A stretch of DNA of 49,323 bases, from NCBI GenBank assembly GCA_963975135.1, contig CAXBGQ010000001.1, positions 1 to 49,323 of the forward strand, in the 5' to 3' direction. Positions 1-7,976 of this stretch are shown piece by piece. Position 1 is the first letter of the stretch; the number at the start of each line of letters is the position of its first letter. The notes below the pieces were generated by a model. That model ran no database searches. It worked only from the letters and a program-made list of their open reading frames with translations, and had not been told where the DNA came from. The DNA is from an uncultured Nioella sp. Its GTDB lineage: Bacteria > Pseudomonadota > Alphaproteobacteria > Rhodobacterales > Rhodobacteraceae. A program made the translations under genes and the position numbers.

Positions 1-1
1 C

Positions 2-475
2 CGCCGCAGGGGCCTGCAACGCCGAATGCAGAACATAAGGCGCGCCATAGCGCATCTTGCACAGCCGCGCGGTCTGCTCCATCGGCGTCAGGAACGTGCG
101 CAACGGGAAATGCTGGTATCCTTCGGGGGTATAAGCCTCGGACGATCCCGCCGCCGAAATCGCCTGCATCAGGATCTTTCCCATCAGCTTGTCACCGCCC
201 GCGCCGTAGGCAAAGCCATGTTCCAGAACCAGGTCGACCCATTCCTTGATCAGCGACGGCGTCGAATACCAAAAGAGCGGATGCTGAAACAGGATCACGT
301 CATGCTCCAGCAGCAGCGCCTGTTCACGATCGATATTGATGTCCTGACGTGGGTAGCTGGCATAAAGATCGACGCGGGTAATGCCCTGAACGGCAGTCGC
401 TGCGTCATACATCGCCTGATTGACGTGGCTGTGGCGGTGGCCAGGGTGGGCATAATATAGAAGAATGCGGGCCAT
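2..475 (-). CDS. NAD(P)H-dependent oxidoreductase, flavodoxin-2 fold (KefF/KefG-like); 3' end runs off the window
   Basis: Not in the ORF track. Hand translation from ATG at 475 (SD AAGGA upstream): MARILLYYAHPGHRHSHVNQAM...DLYASYP...QHPLFWYSTPSLIKEWVDLVLEHGFAYG. AHP and QxPxxWYSxP..LKEW.D motifs are typical of this family. Confidence 0.85.
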   Translation of the reverse strand, partial: MARILLYYAHPGHRHSHVNQAMYDAATAVQGITRVDLYASYPRQDINIDREQALLLEHDVILFQHPLFWYSTPSLIKEWVDLVLEHGFAYGAGGDKLMGKILMQAISAAGSSEAYTPEGYQHFPLRTFLTPMEQTARLCKMRYGAPYVLHSALQAPAA

Positions 476-580
476 GCGGTTTCCTTGTTTCCGGTGCGGT
501 CAGTAGACCCCGATCAGCCCGATATGAAAAGGCCGGCAACAATGCACCCGTTCATAAGGTTGCAAAGCTGATCTGCAAAC

Positions 581-610
581 GAAAAGGGCCGCCATGTGCG
601 GCGACCCTTC
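581..610 (-). terminator. Rho-independent terminator closing the small 581-770 transcript
   Basis: Minus strand reads AAGGGTCGCC-gcacat-GGCGGCCCTT followed by TTCGTTT. Confidence 0.75.
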
Positions 611-681
611 ACGAGAATTTAAGGAGGTGGGGCGGGTTAGACCGAAGTCCCACCTGGGGCGGTTTCCACCGCTAGGATTGC

Positions 682-738
682 CTAGAGGCGACCTCCCCAG
701 ATTTTCCCGACTCCATTCTCCAATACCTCTCTTGACAC
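682..738 (-). CDS. Putative 18-aa small protein MSREVLENGVGKIWGGRL, or an sORF within an sRNA
   Basis: GTG start 7 nt after AGGAGG within AAGGAGGTGATCCAG; TAG stop at 682-684; own terminator downstream. Confidence 0.45.
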   Translation of the reverse strand: MSREVLENGVGKIWGGRL

Positions 739-808
739 TGGATCACCTCCTTCCATTTCGTTGCTGTTAGAAGAAGGTTGCCATAGATTTTGTGTTTGTC
801 AAAACATT

Positions 809-1432
809 TTATGCAATTTGTGCTGTCAACCGCGCGGTGATCATACGAAACGGCACCAGCGCCAACAGCGCCAGAGACAGCTTTACAAACCAGTCGGCAA
901 CCGCCAACGACACCCAAAGCGGGGCCTCGGGCCCGGTGCCCAGAAGCGGCAGGATCTCGCCGGCCCAGCCGACATCATTGCCCGGCTCAAGCCAGATCAG
1001 GCTGGCCGAAAAGGCGATGCTGAAAAACAGTGCCGTATCCACCGACGATCCCACCAGCGTCGAGGCCAGCGGTGCCCGCCACCAGGCCCCCGAGCGCATG
1101 CGGTCGAAGATGGCGACGTCCAGCAGTTGCGCGGTCAGAAAGGCCAGCCCCGAGCCGACTGCGATCCTGAGGGTCACCAGCGGGCCAAATTCGCCGATGA
1201 TCTGGGTGCCGATCAGCGAAGAGGCCACGCCAACGACAAAGCCCGCAAACACAACACGGCGCGCGGCGGCAACACCATAGACGCGGTTCATGACATCGGT
1301 GACCAGAAAGGCCACCGGATAGGTGAAGGCCCCCCAGGTCAGCCATTGGCCGAACAGGAACTGAACGAGGATATTGGAGGCGACAACAACGGTCGCCATG
1401 GCAAGAATGCCGGGCAGGTGAATGCGGGTCAT
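809..1432 (-). CDS. yhhQ: Queuosine precursor transporter (YhhQ/VUT family)
   Basis: Hydrophobic 207 aa with ASNILVQ, TWGAFTYPVAFLVTD, RIAVGSGLAFLTAQLLD and S..DT..FFSIAF motifs. Confidence 0.9.
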   Translation of the reverse strand: MTRIHLPGILAMATVVVASNILVQFLFGQWLTWGAFTYPVAFLVTDVMNRVYGVAAARRVVFAGFVVGVASSLIGTQIIGEFGPLVTLRIAVGSGLAFLTAQLLDVAIFDRMRSGAWWRAPLASTLVGSSVDTALFFSIAFSASLIWLEPGNDVGWAGEILPLLGTGPEAPLWVSLAVADWFVKLSLALLALVPFRMITARLTAQIA

Positions 1433-1440
1433 GTATCTGG

Positions 1441-1468
1441 TCCGTTTTTACAAGGTAGCGGAGACTTG
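1441..1468 (-). promoter_or_regulatory. Candidate preQ1 class I riboswitch (translational)
   Basis: CAAG-UCUCCGCUAC-CUUG-UAAAAA-CGGA: 4-bp P1, 10-nt loop U...AC, A-rich linker, and loop UCCG complementary to CGGA, which contains the SD 8 nt before the yhhQ ATG. Confidence 0.65.
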
Positions 1469-1530
1469 GCCCTGCCACAGCGGCAGAGACGCGCGCGCTT
1501 TAGCCTGCAACGCAACCGATTGGCAAGCGC

Positions 1531-1588
1531 GGGGAAGAATTTTCCTGCAAAATTCTTTCCCCCGAAAAATCTTGAGGCAAGATTTTTC
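1531..1588. repeat. Tandem AT-rich palindromes (REP-like double hairpin)
   Basis: GAAGAATTTT-cctgc-AAAATTCTTT and GAAAAATCTTG-agg-CAAGATTTTTC, just past the aminotransferase stop. Confidence 0.65.
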
Positions 1589-1594
1589 CGCCCC

Positions 1595-2779
1595 TCAGCG
1601 CATCACCTCGGCCACGGCACGGGCGACCACGGGAATGCTCTCGGGCGTCAGACCGGCCACATTGATCCGGCTGTCGCCCACCAGATAGATGCCAAACTCA
1701 ACGCGCAGCCGCTCCACCTGATCGGGTGTCGCCCCCAACAGGGTGAACATGCCTTTGTGAGACGTGAAAAAGCCGAAACGGTCCGATCCCGTGACCTGTC
1801 GCAGCTCATCAGCGAATGCCGCCCGATTGGCCTGCAGGCTTTCGCGCATCTCACGCAATTCGCTGCGCCACATATCGCTCAGCCCGGCATCGCCCAAAAC
1901 GGTCTGCACCGCGCGCGCGCCGTGATCGGGCGGAAAAGTATAGTTCTGACGATTGAGCCAGGCCAGCAACCCGCCCGCCGCCTCGGCCCGCCCGGCGTCC
2001 CGCGTCACCGCCATCGCGATGCCGACGCGGTCGCGATACACGCCGAAATTCTTGGAACATGACGCCGCCAGCAGCATCTCGGGCACCATCCCGGTCAGCA
2101 TCCGCAGGCCTGCCGTATCCTCCTCCAAGCCTTCACCAAAGCCCAGATAGGCCGCATCCACGAACGGGACCGCGCCGGTATATTGACAGATCTTGCCCAC
2201 CGCCCGCCAGTCATCGGAATTCAGATCCACACCCGTGGGGTTGTGACAGCAGGCATGCAGCAAGACCACATCCCCGGCCTTGGCACCGGCCAGATCGGCC
2301 ATCATTCCGTCCCGGTCCAGACCGCCGGTCGCCGCGTCGTAGTAGCGGTATTCGCGCAGGTTCAGTCCCAGATAGCGGGCGATCTCGGTATGATTGGGCC
2401 AGGTTGGCGCGGAAAGCCAGATCGTGGCCTCGGGGCTCAGGTGCCGGATCATCTCAAACACCTGCCGCACCGCGCCGGTGCCGCCCGGCGTTGCCACGGC
2501 CCCGACCCTGTCGGCGGGCACGGCATCGCCCAGAACAAGCCCGTGCATCGCCGCCAGAAACCCCGGATCGCCGGCAGGCGCGACATAGCGTTTGCTGTCC
2601 TGTTCGCGCCAGATCCGTTCCTCGGCCGCCTTGACCGCCGCCATCACCGGGGTGCGGCCATCATGGGTTTTGTAAACGCCGATGCCCAGATCGACCTTAT
2701 CGGGCCGCGGATCGTCGCGCAGCATGGCAATCAGGCGGATGATCTTGTCGGGCTCGGGCGGCGTCAGGGTCTCGAACAT
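1595..2779 (-). CDS. tyrB: Aromatic amino acid/aspartate aminotransferase (class I, TyrB-like)
   Basis: KVDLGIGVY, TPGGTGA, HACCHNPTG, DAAYLGFG and PLP-lysine motif SCSKNFGVYRDRVG. Confidence 0.9.
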   Translation of the reverse strand: MFETLTPPEPDKIIRLIAMLRDDPRPDKVDLGIGVYKTHDGRTPVMAAVKAAEERIWREQDSKRYVAPAGDPGFLAAMHGLVLGDAVPADRVGAVATPGGTGAVRQVFEMIRHLSPEATIWLSAPTWPNHTEIARYLGLNLREYRYYDAATGGLDRDGMMADLAGAKAGDVVLLHACCHNPTGVDLNSDDWRAVGKICQYTGAVPFVDAAYLGFGEGLEEDTAGLRMLTGMVPEMLLAASCSKNFGVYRDRVGIAMAVTRDAGRAEAAGGLLAWLNRQNYTFPPDHGARAVQTVLGDAGLSDMWRSELREMRESLQANRAAFADELRQVTGSDRFGFFTSHKGMFTLLGATPDQVERLRVEFGIYLVGDSRINVAGLTPESIPVVARAVAEVMR

Positions 2780-2791
2780 GGGGTTGCCTCC

Positions 2792-3352
2792 TCAGGCGGG
2801 AAAACGGGCCGGGTCGCGGTCGCGGGTCAGAACACGGACGTGTTCTTCGGTGCGGACCGGGCGGAACCCAGCATTTTGATAGACCTGCAAGGCGCGCGGA
2901 TGGTCCAGCGTGCAGGTGTTGAGCGTCATCCGTGTCACGACCGGCCTGGCCCACCCGGCCTGAATGGCGGTTGCCAACAGCTTCGCACCGATGCCGGTTC
3001 CCACTGCCTCGGGCACCAGCCCGAAATAGGCCAGATCGCAGATCCCCGGCACCCGCCAATCAAGCAGGAAAAACCCCTGCGGCCAGCCGTGGCGACAAGC
3101 GGTGGTCAACTGCATATCGGGATGCTGCAGATAGGCGCGCAGGTCTTCGGGGTCATCGTCGAACTTGTCGACCCATTCGTAATCGCGCCCGACCGCGCCA
3201 TAGAGCGACAGGAAAAACCACACCGGAGGGTTTTGCGCCACCTCCAGCCGGACATCGGCGGGCAATGCGGGCGCGGCGGCGCTCGGCCGGGTGTCCATCG
3301 ACAGATATGTGACGGTATAGGGCACCTCGGTGCCCGCCGGAATCACGCTCAT
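2792..3352 (-). CDS. GNAT family N-acetyltransferase
   Basis: YFGLVPEAVGTGIG acetyl-CoA motif and TCTLDHPRALQVYQNAGF. Start placed at the ATG overlapping the sseA stop (ATGA). Confidence 0.85.
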   Translation of the reverse strand: MSVIPAGTEVPYTVTYLSMDTRPSAAAPALPADVRLEVAQNPPVWFFLSLYGAVGRDYEWVDKFDDDPEDLRAYLQHPDMQLTTACRHGWPQGFFLLDWRVPGICDLAYFGLVPEAVGTGIGAKLLATAIQAGWARPVVTRMTLNTCTLDHPRALQVYQNAGFRPVRTEEHVRVLTRDRDPARFPA

Positions 3353-4200
3353 CCGGTTTCGACTTTCAGCTGATCGAACTGCCCCCATTCCGACCACGAC
3401 CCGTCATAGAGCGCCACATCGCGGTGGCCCAGCATTTCCAGCCCAAGCGACAGGATCGCAGCCGTCACGCCAGAGCCGCAGGTGGTGATGATGCGCTTTT
3501 TCAGATCGACGCCGGCATCGGTAAAGGCTTCGCGCAGGGCATCACAGCGCTTCATGGTGCCATCGGCATTCAGGAGTTCCGCGTAATGCACGTTGAACGA
3601 GCCGGGGATATGGCCCGCGCGCAGCCCTTCGCGCGGCTCGGGCGCATCGCCGCGAAACCGCTCCGGCCCGCGCGCATCGACGATCTGCCAATCGCCCAGT
3701 TTCGCGGCGGCGGCGACCTGCGTCACATCCTTGACCAGATGCGCCTGGCGCTGCGCCGTCATGTGCCGGTCGCGCAAAATCGGCGGCATATCCTCGATCT
3801 CGCGGCCCTCGGCCTGCCATTTTGGAAACCCGCCATCCAGCACCGCCACATCGGTTTTTCCCATCAGCCGGAACAGCCACCAGACGCGGGCGGCGGAGAA
3901 CATGCCGATGCCATCATAGACCACGACCTGATGCCCGTCGCCGACGCCCATGGCGCGCATCCGGCTCATGAATTTCTCGATCGGGGGGGCCATGTGCGGC
4001 AGCGGGCTGGCGCTGTCGGCGACATCGTCGATATCGAAATACCGGGCACCCGGAATGTGGCCCGCATCATATTCGGCGCGCGCGTCACGGCCCATATCGG
4101 GCAGATACCAGGACGCATCCAGCACGCGCAGATCGGGGTCGTTCAGGTGATCGGCCAGCCACTGGGTGGAGACGAGGGTTTTCGGATCATCGGCGGGCAT
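3349..4200 (-). CDS. sseA: 3-mercaptopyruvate sulfurtransferase
   Basis: Tandem rhodanese domains, HIPGA, active-site loop CGSGVTA, YDGSWSEW. Confidence 0.93.
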   Translation of the reverse strand: MPADDPKTLVSTQWLADHLNDPDLRVLDASWYLPDMGRDARAEYDAGHIPGARYFDIDDVADSASPLPHMAPPIEKFMSRMRAMGVGDGHQVVVYDGIGMFSAARVWWLFRLMGKTDVAVLDGGFPKWQAEGREIEDMPPILRDRHMTAQRQAHLVKDVTQVAAAAKLGDWQIVDARGPERFRGDAPEPREGLRAGHIPGSFNVHYAELLNADGTMKRCDALREAFTDAGVDLKKRIITTCGSGVTAAILSLGLEMLGHRDVALYDGSWSEWGQFDQLKVETG

Positions 4201-4294
4201 TGGCGGGCTCCCTCACATAGTGCTTTTGGTCGCGCATAGCCCTACGGCATAAGGCTTGGCACTGGCAAGGGGCGCAGGGGTCGCGGGCGGTCCC

Positions 4295-4771
4295 TCAGCC
4301 TTTGTCGCGCATCAGCCGCGCCTTTTGGCGCTGCCAGTCGCGCTTGGCCTCATCGGCGCGTTTATCCTGATTTTTCTTACCCTTGGCGATGCCGATCTTG
4401 AGCTTCACAAAGCCCTTGTGGTTGAAATACATGACCAGCGGCACCAGCGTCATGCCCTGGCGCTGCGTCGCATTCCACAGTTTCGACAGCTCTTTCTTGC
4501 TGACCAGCAGCTTGCGGCGGCGGCGTTCCTCATGGCCCCAGGTCTTGGCCTGCGCATAGGGCGCGATATAGGAGTTCACCAGCCACAGCTCGCCCTCTTC
4601 CACGGCGGCATAGCTTTCGGCGATATTGGAGCCGCCCTGACGCAGCGATTTGACCTCGGAACCTTCCAGAATAATGCCGCATTCGAGATCATCCTCGATG
4701 GCATAATCATAGCGCGCGCGCCGGTTTTCGGCGATCACCTTGTAATTGGGGTCTGCGGGTTTCTTGGCCAT
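4295..4771 (-). CDS. smpB: SsrA-binding protein
   Basis: [25 protein letters not shown] and GKK..DKR motifs. Start set at MAKK. Confidence 0.96.
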   Translation of the reverse strand: MAKKPADPNYKVIAENRRARYDYAIEDDLECGIILEGSEVKSLRQGGSNIAESYAAVEEGELWLVNSYIAPYAQAKTWGHEERRRRKLLVSKKELSKLWNATQRQGMTLVPLVMYFNHKGFVKLKIGIAKGKKNQDKRADEAKRDWQRQKARLMRDKG

Positions 4772-4853
4772 GGCCCGCCCCATGTAGGGGGCGGGCCCGG
4801 CGCTGTCCAGTTGTGGCGGCGGTGGCACCGCGAAAATCGGAGGAGAGGCAGAT

Positions 4854-4897
4854 AAGTGACACGAGTGTCACTTTTAAATGACGCAAGTGTCACTTTT
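4854..4897. repeat. 22-bp direct repeat of a palindrome between dapA and smpB
   Basis: AAGTGACACGAGTGTCACTTTT followed directly by AAATGACGCAAGTGTCACTTTT. Confidence 0.7.
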
Positions 4898-4919
4898 TAC
4901 GCCGCCGGCAACCCCCGGA

Positions 4920-5792
4920 TCAGTGGATCAGGCTGGCGTGACGCAGCGCGGCCTGGATGGCGCGCTTGGTGGCGTCCTCGACCGGCAGCAGCGGCAGGCG
5001 CACATCCTCAGTGCAGAACCCCAGCATCGCCAGCGCGGCCTTGGCACCCGATACGCCCGGTTCCATGAAGATGGCCTCGTGCAGCGGCATCAGCTTGTCC
5101 TGATACTCCAGCGCGCGATCCCAGTCGCCCGCCGCCATCGCGGCCTGAAACTGCGCGCAGAGGCGCGGGGCGACATTGGCGGTGACGCTGATGCAGCCCA
5201 CCCCGCCATGCGCATTGAAGCCGAGCGCGCTGGCATCTTCGCCCGAAAGCTGGATGAATTCCGGCCCGCAGGTGGCGCGCTGCTTGCTGACGCGCACGAT
5301 ATCGCCGGTGGCATCCTTGACGCCCACGATATTGGGCAGTTTCGCCAGTTCGCCCATGGTTCCCGGGCTCATGTCGATCACCGAACGCGGCGGGATGTTG
5401 TAGATGTAGATCGGCAGACCGACCGCATCGAGCGCGGTGAAATGCGCGATCAGGCCGCGTTGCGTCGGCTTGTTGTAATAGGGCGTCACCACCAGCGCCG
5501 CATCGGCCCCGACCGATTTGGCAAATTCGACAAAACGAATAGCCTCGGCGGTGTTGTTGGAGCCTGCGCCCGCCATCACGGGCACCCGGCCCGCCGCCGC
5601 CTGCACCACCGCCTTGATCACCTGTTCATGTTCCGCGTGGGTCAGTGTCGGGCTTTCGCCCGTGGTGCCGACCGGAACCAGCCCGTTCGAGCCTTCGGCG
5701 ATATGCCAGTCGACCAGTTTCTTGAGCGTGTCGAAATCCACTGCGCCGTCCTTGAACGGCGTGACCAATGCGGGCATCGAGCCTTTGAACAT
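4920..5792 (-). CDS. dapA: 4-hydroxy-tetrahydrodipicolinate synthase
   Basis: [21 protein letters not shown] and Schiff-base GVKDATG motifs. Confidence 0.96.
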   Translation of the reverse strand: MFKGSMPALVTPFKDGAVDFDTLKKLVDWHIAEGSNGLVPVGTTGESPTLTHAEHEQVIKAVVQAAAGRVPVMAGAGSNNTAEAIRFVEFAKSVGADAALVVTPYYNKPTQRGLIAHFTALDAVGLPIYIYNIPPRSVIDMSPGTMGELAKLPNIVGVKDATGDIVRVSKQRATCGPEFIQLSGEDASALGFNAHGGVGCISVTANVAPRLCAQFQAAMAAGDWDRALEYQDKLMPLHEAIFMEPGVSGAKAALAMLGFCTEDVRLPLLPVEDATKRAIQAALRHASLIH

Positions 5793-5936
5793 AACACGCT
5801 TCCTTTTCTCAGGGTTGGGCCGGGATCGGCAAGTATCGGCGGATTTCGGTCCGCAGGGCAGCTATTGCCAAGTTCGTGTGTTGCAAGCAAGGGGCCAGTC
5901 ACTATCCTTATGCAGTGATTGCAGGATGGACACGCG

Positions 5937-7874
5937 ATGAAGCACTTTCTTTTTGGTTTTTTACTTGGGGTTATGCCGGTGGCCGCCTCGGCCACGCCCG
6001 AAGCGTTGGCCGAGGCCATCGCGGCGCTGGAAGCGGAGGATTATGAAACCGCCGCCGCCGCGCAGGCGCGGATCAGCGACAGCGCCGCCGCCAATGTCGT
6101 GACCTGGATGCGGCTGCGCCAGGGCCAGGGCGAGATGTCGGACTATATGGGTTTTCTGGCCGATCACCCGGATTGGCCGGGGTTGATCCTGCTGCGTCGC
6201 GAGGGCGAGCAATCCATCCCCGAGGATGCCGCACCGGCGCGGGTGCTGGAATATTTCGAGGCCGGCGCGCCGCGCACCGGCACCGGCGCGCTGCGGCTGG
6301 CGGCGGCTTTGTGGGCCACCGATCAGCGCGACGCCGCCATGGCCGAGGCGCGCCGGGCCTGGACCACCATGTCGTTGAGCGAGGAGGAGTTCGACCAGTT
6401 CATGATCGACTGGCCCCGCACTCTGCGCACCGAACATGAGGCGCGGCTGGATTTTCTGTTGTGGGAAAATCAGGCCACGCAGGCCCGCGCGATGTATCCG
6501 CTGGTCGATGATGGCTGGGAACGGCTGGCCGAGGCGCGGCTGGCGCTGCGGGCGCGGCGCGATGGGGTCAATGCGCTGATCTCGGCGGTGCCGGCGAATT
6601 TGCGGTCCGATCCGGGGCTGAATTACGAGCGTTTCGTCTGGCGCATGCGCGAGGGGCTGGAGCCATCGGCGCGCGAATTGATCGAGGCCTCGTCGGAAAG
6701 CGCCGCCATGCTGGGGCGGCCATTGGAATGGACCAACCGGCGGCGGCAACTGGCGCGGTCGCTGATGCGCGCGGGCGATTTCGAGGCCGCCTACCGGGTG
6801 GCGGCGAACCATCAGATCACGGCCGCCGACAATGCCTCCAGCTATGCCGATCTGGAATGGATCGCGGGCTATACGGCGTTTCGGATGGGTCAGTTTGACA
6901 CCGCGCTGCATCATTTCAACGATTTCCGCGCGGCGGTCTATTCGCCGATTTCGGTGGGCCGGGCCGGGTATTGGATCGGGCGCGCGCAGGAGGCTTTGGG
7001 CAATGCGGATGCAGCCGCCGAGGCCTATGCGATGGGGGCCGAGTATCAGAGCAGTTTCTACGGTCAGCTAGCTGCCGAAAGGGCCGGATTGCCAACCGAC
7101 CCCGATTTCACCGCGCAGGAGGATTTCGGGCGCTGGCAGGATGGCTCCTTTGTCAGCGACGAGGTGTTCCGCGCCGGGCTGCGCCTTGTCGAGGCCGGCG
7201 AGATGGATCTGGCGGCGCGGTTCATGGCGTCGTTGGTCAGCGGCCTGTCGCGTCAGGATGCCGGGCGGCTGGGCGATCTGGCGCTTGAGCTGGACAGCCC
7301 GCGCATTGCGCTGGCGGTTGCCAAGGCGGCGGCGCAGGCGGGCCATGTGATCATGCGCGCCTATTACCCGATCTATCCCGATCTGGTGGCCGCCGATCTG
7401 CCGGTATCGGACCGGCTGGCGCTGTCGATCGCAAGGCGCGAATCCGAGTTCAACCCGGATGTGATCAGCGGCGCGGGGGCCATCGGCCTGATGCAGGTGA
7501 TGCCGCGCACGGGCCGCGAAATGGCGGGCCGGTTGGGGCTGGCCTTTGACGAGGGCCGGATGTTGGACGATGCGGGCTATAACGCCACGCTGGGGGCCGG
7601 GTATCTGGCCTATCTGATCGAGGAGTTCGGGGCCAACCCGGTGCTGATTGCCGCGGCTTATAATGCCGGGCCGTCGCGGGCGCGGCGGTGGTCGGAGGCC
7701 AATGGCGATCCTTGGGCGGCGGATGTGGATATCGTCGACTGGATCGAGGCGATTCCGTTCCGCGAGACCCGCAATTACGTGATGCGCGTGACCGAGGCGA
7801 TGCGGATCTATGAGGCGCATCTGAGCGGCACCCTGCCGCGTCAGAGCCTCAGCCAGATGTTGCGGCAACGTTAG
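5937..7874 (+). CDS. Soluble lytic murein transglycosylase (Slt70-like)
   Basis: Signal peptide MKHFLFGFLLGVMPVAASA, helical region, SLT domain ARRESEF, GAIGLMQVMP, AYNAGP, ETRNYV. Confidence 0.9.
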   Translation: MKHFLFGFLLGVMPVAASATPEALAEAIAALEAEDYETAAAAQARISDSAAANVVTWMRLRQGQGEMSDYMGFLADHPDWPGLILLRREGEQSIPEDAAPARVLEYFEAGAPRTGTGALRLAAALWATDQRDAAMAEARRAWTTMSLSEEEFDQFMIDWPRTLRTEHEARLDFLLWENQATQARAMYPLVDDGWERLAEARLALRARRDGVNALISAVPANLRSDPGLNYERFVWRMREGLEPSARELIEASSESAAMLGRPLEWTNRRRQLARSLMRAGDFEAAYRVAANHQITAADNASSYADLEWIAGYTAFRMGQFDTALHHFNDFRAAVYSPISVGRAGYWIGRAQEALGNADAAAEAYAMGAEYQSSFYGQLAAERAGLPTDPDFTAQEDFGRWQDGSFVSDEVFRAGLRLVEAGEMDLAARFMASLVSGLSRQDAGRLGDLALELDSPRIALAVAKAAAQAGHVIMRAYYPIYPDLVAADLPVSDRLALSIARRESEFNPDVISGAGAIGLMQVMPRTGREMAGRLGLAFDEGRMLDDAGYNATLGAGYLAYLIEEFGANPVLIAAAYNAGPSRARRWSEANGDPWAADVDIVDWIEAIPFRETRNYVMRVTEAMRIYEAHLSGTLPRQSLSQMLRQR

Positions 7875-7976
7875 AGCATGTTGCGCAAAAGTGGGAACCG
7901 GTTTTGCGCCGCGAACATGCGAAATAATAAGGTTAGAGCGTGTTGCGTGAAGGCGAATGAACGCGACACGCTCTAA
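7871..7976. mobile_element. ~106-bp palindromic MITE/REP-like element
   Basis: Ends TTAGAGC...GCTCTAA. Internal hairpins GCATGTTGCGCAAAAGTGGGAACCGGTTTTGCG...AACATGC and TTAGAGCGTGTTGCGT...ACGCGACACGCTCTAA. Confidence 0.75.

Noticed and set aside
640-684. TAG read-through of the 18-codon ORF to a later TAA
   Set aside because: The frame stays open for 14 more codons, but that is expected by chance and there is no recoding evidence.
738-752. CTGGATCACCTCCTT read as a 16S rRNA gene remnant
   Set aside because: The match is only 15 nt and the flanks lack other 16S 3' sequence; better explained as an extended SD on the minus strand.
672-917. 81-aa minus-strand ORF from the ORF track
   Set aside because: Overlaps the yhhQ 3' end out of frame, has no SD or motif, and is in a different frame from the strong SD.
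4200-4920. tmRNA gene next to smpB
   Set aside because: Intergenic gaps are too short and show no tRNA-like ends.
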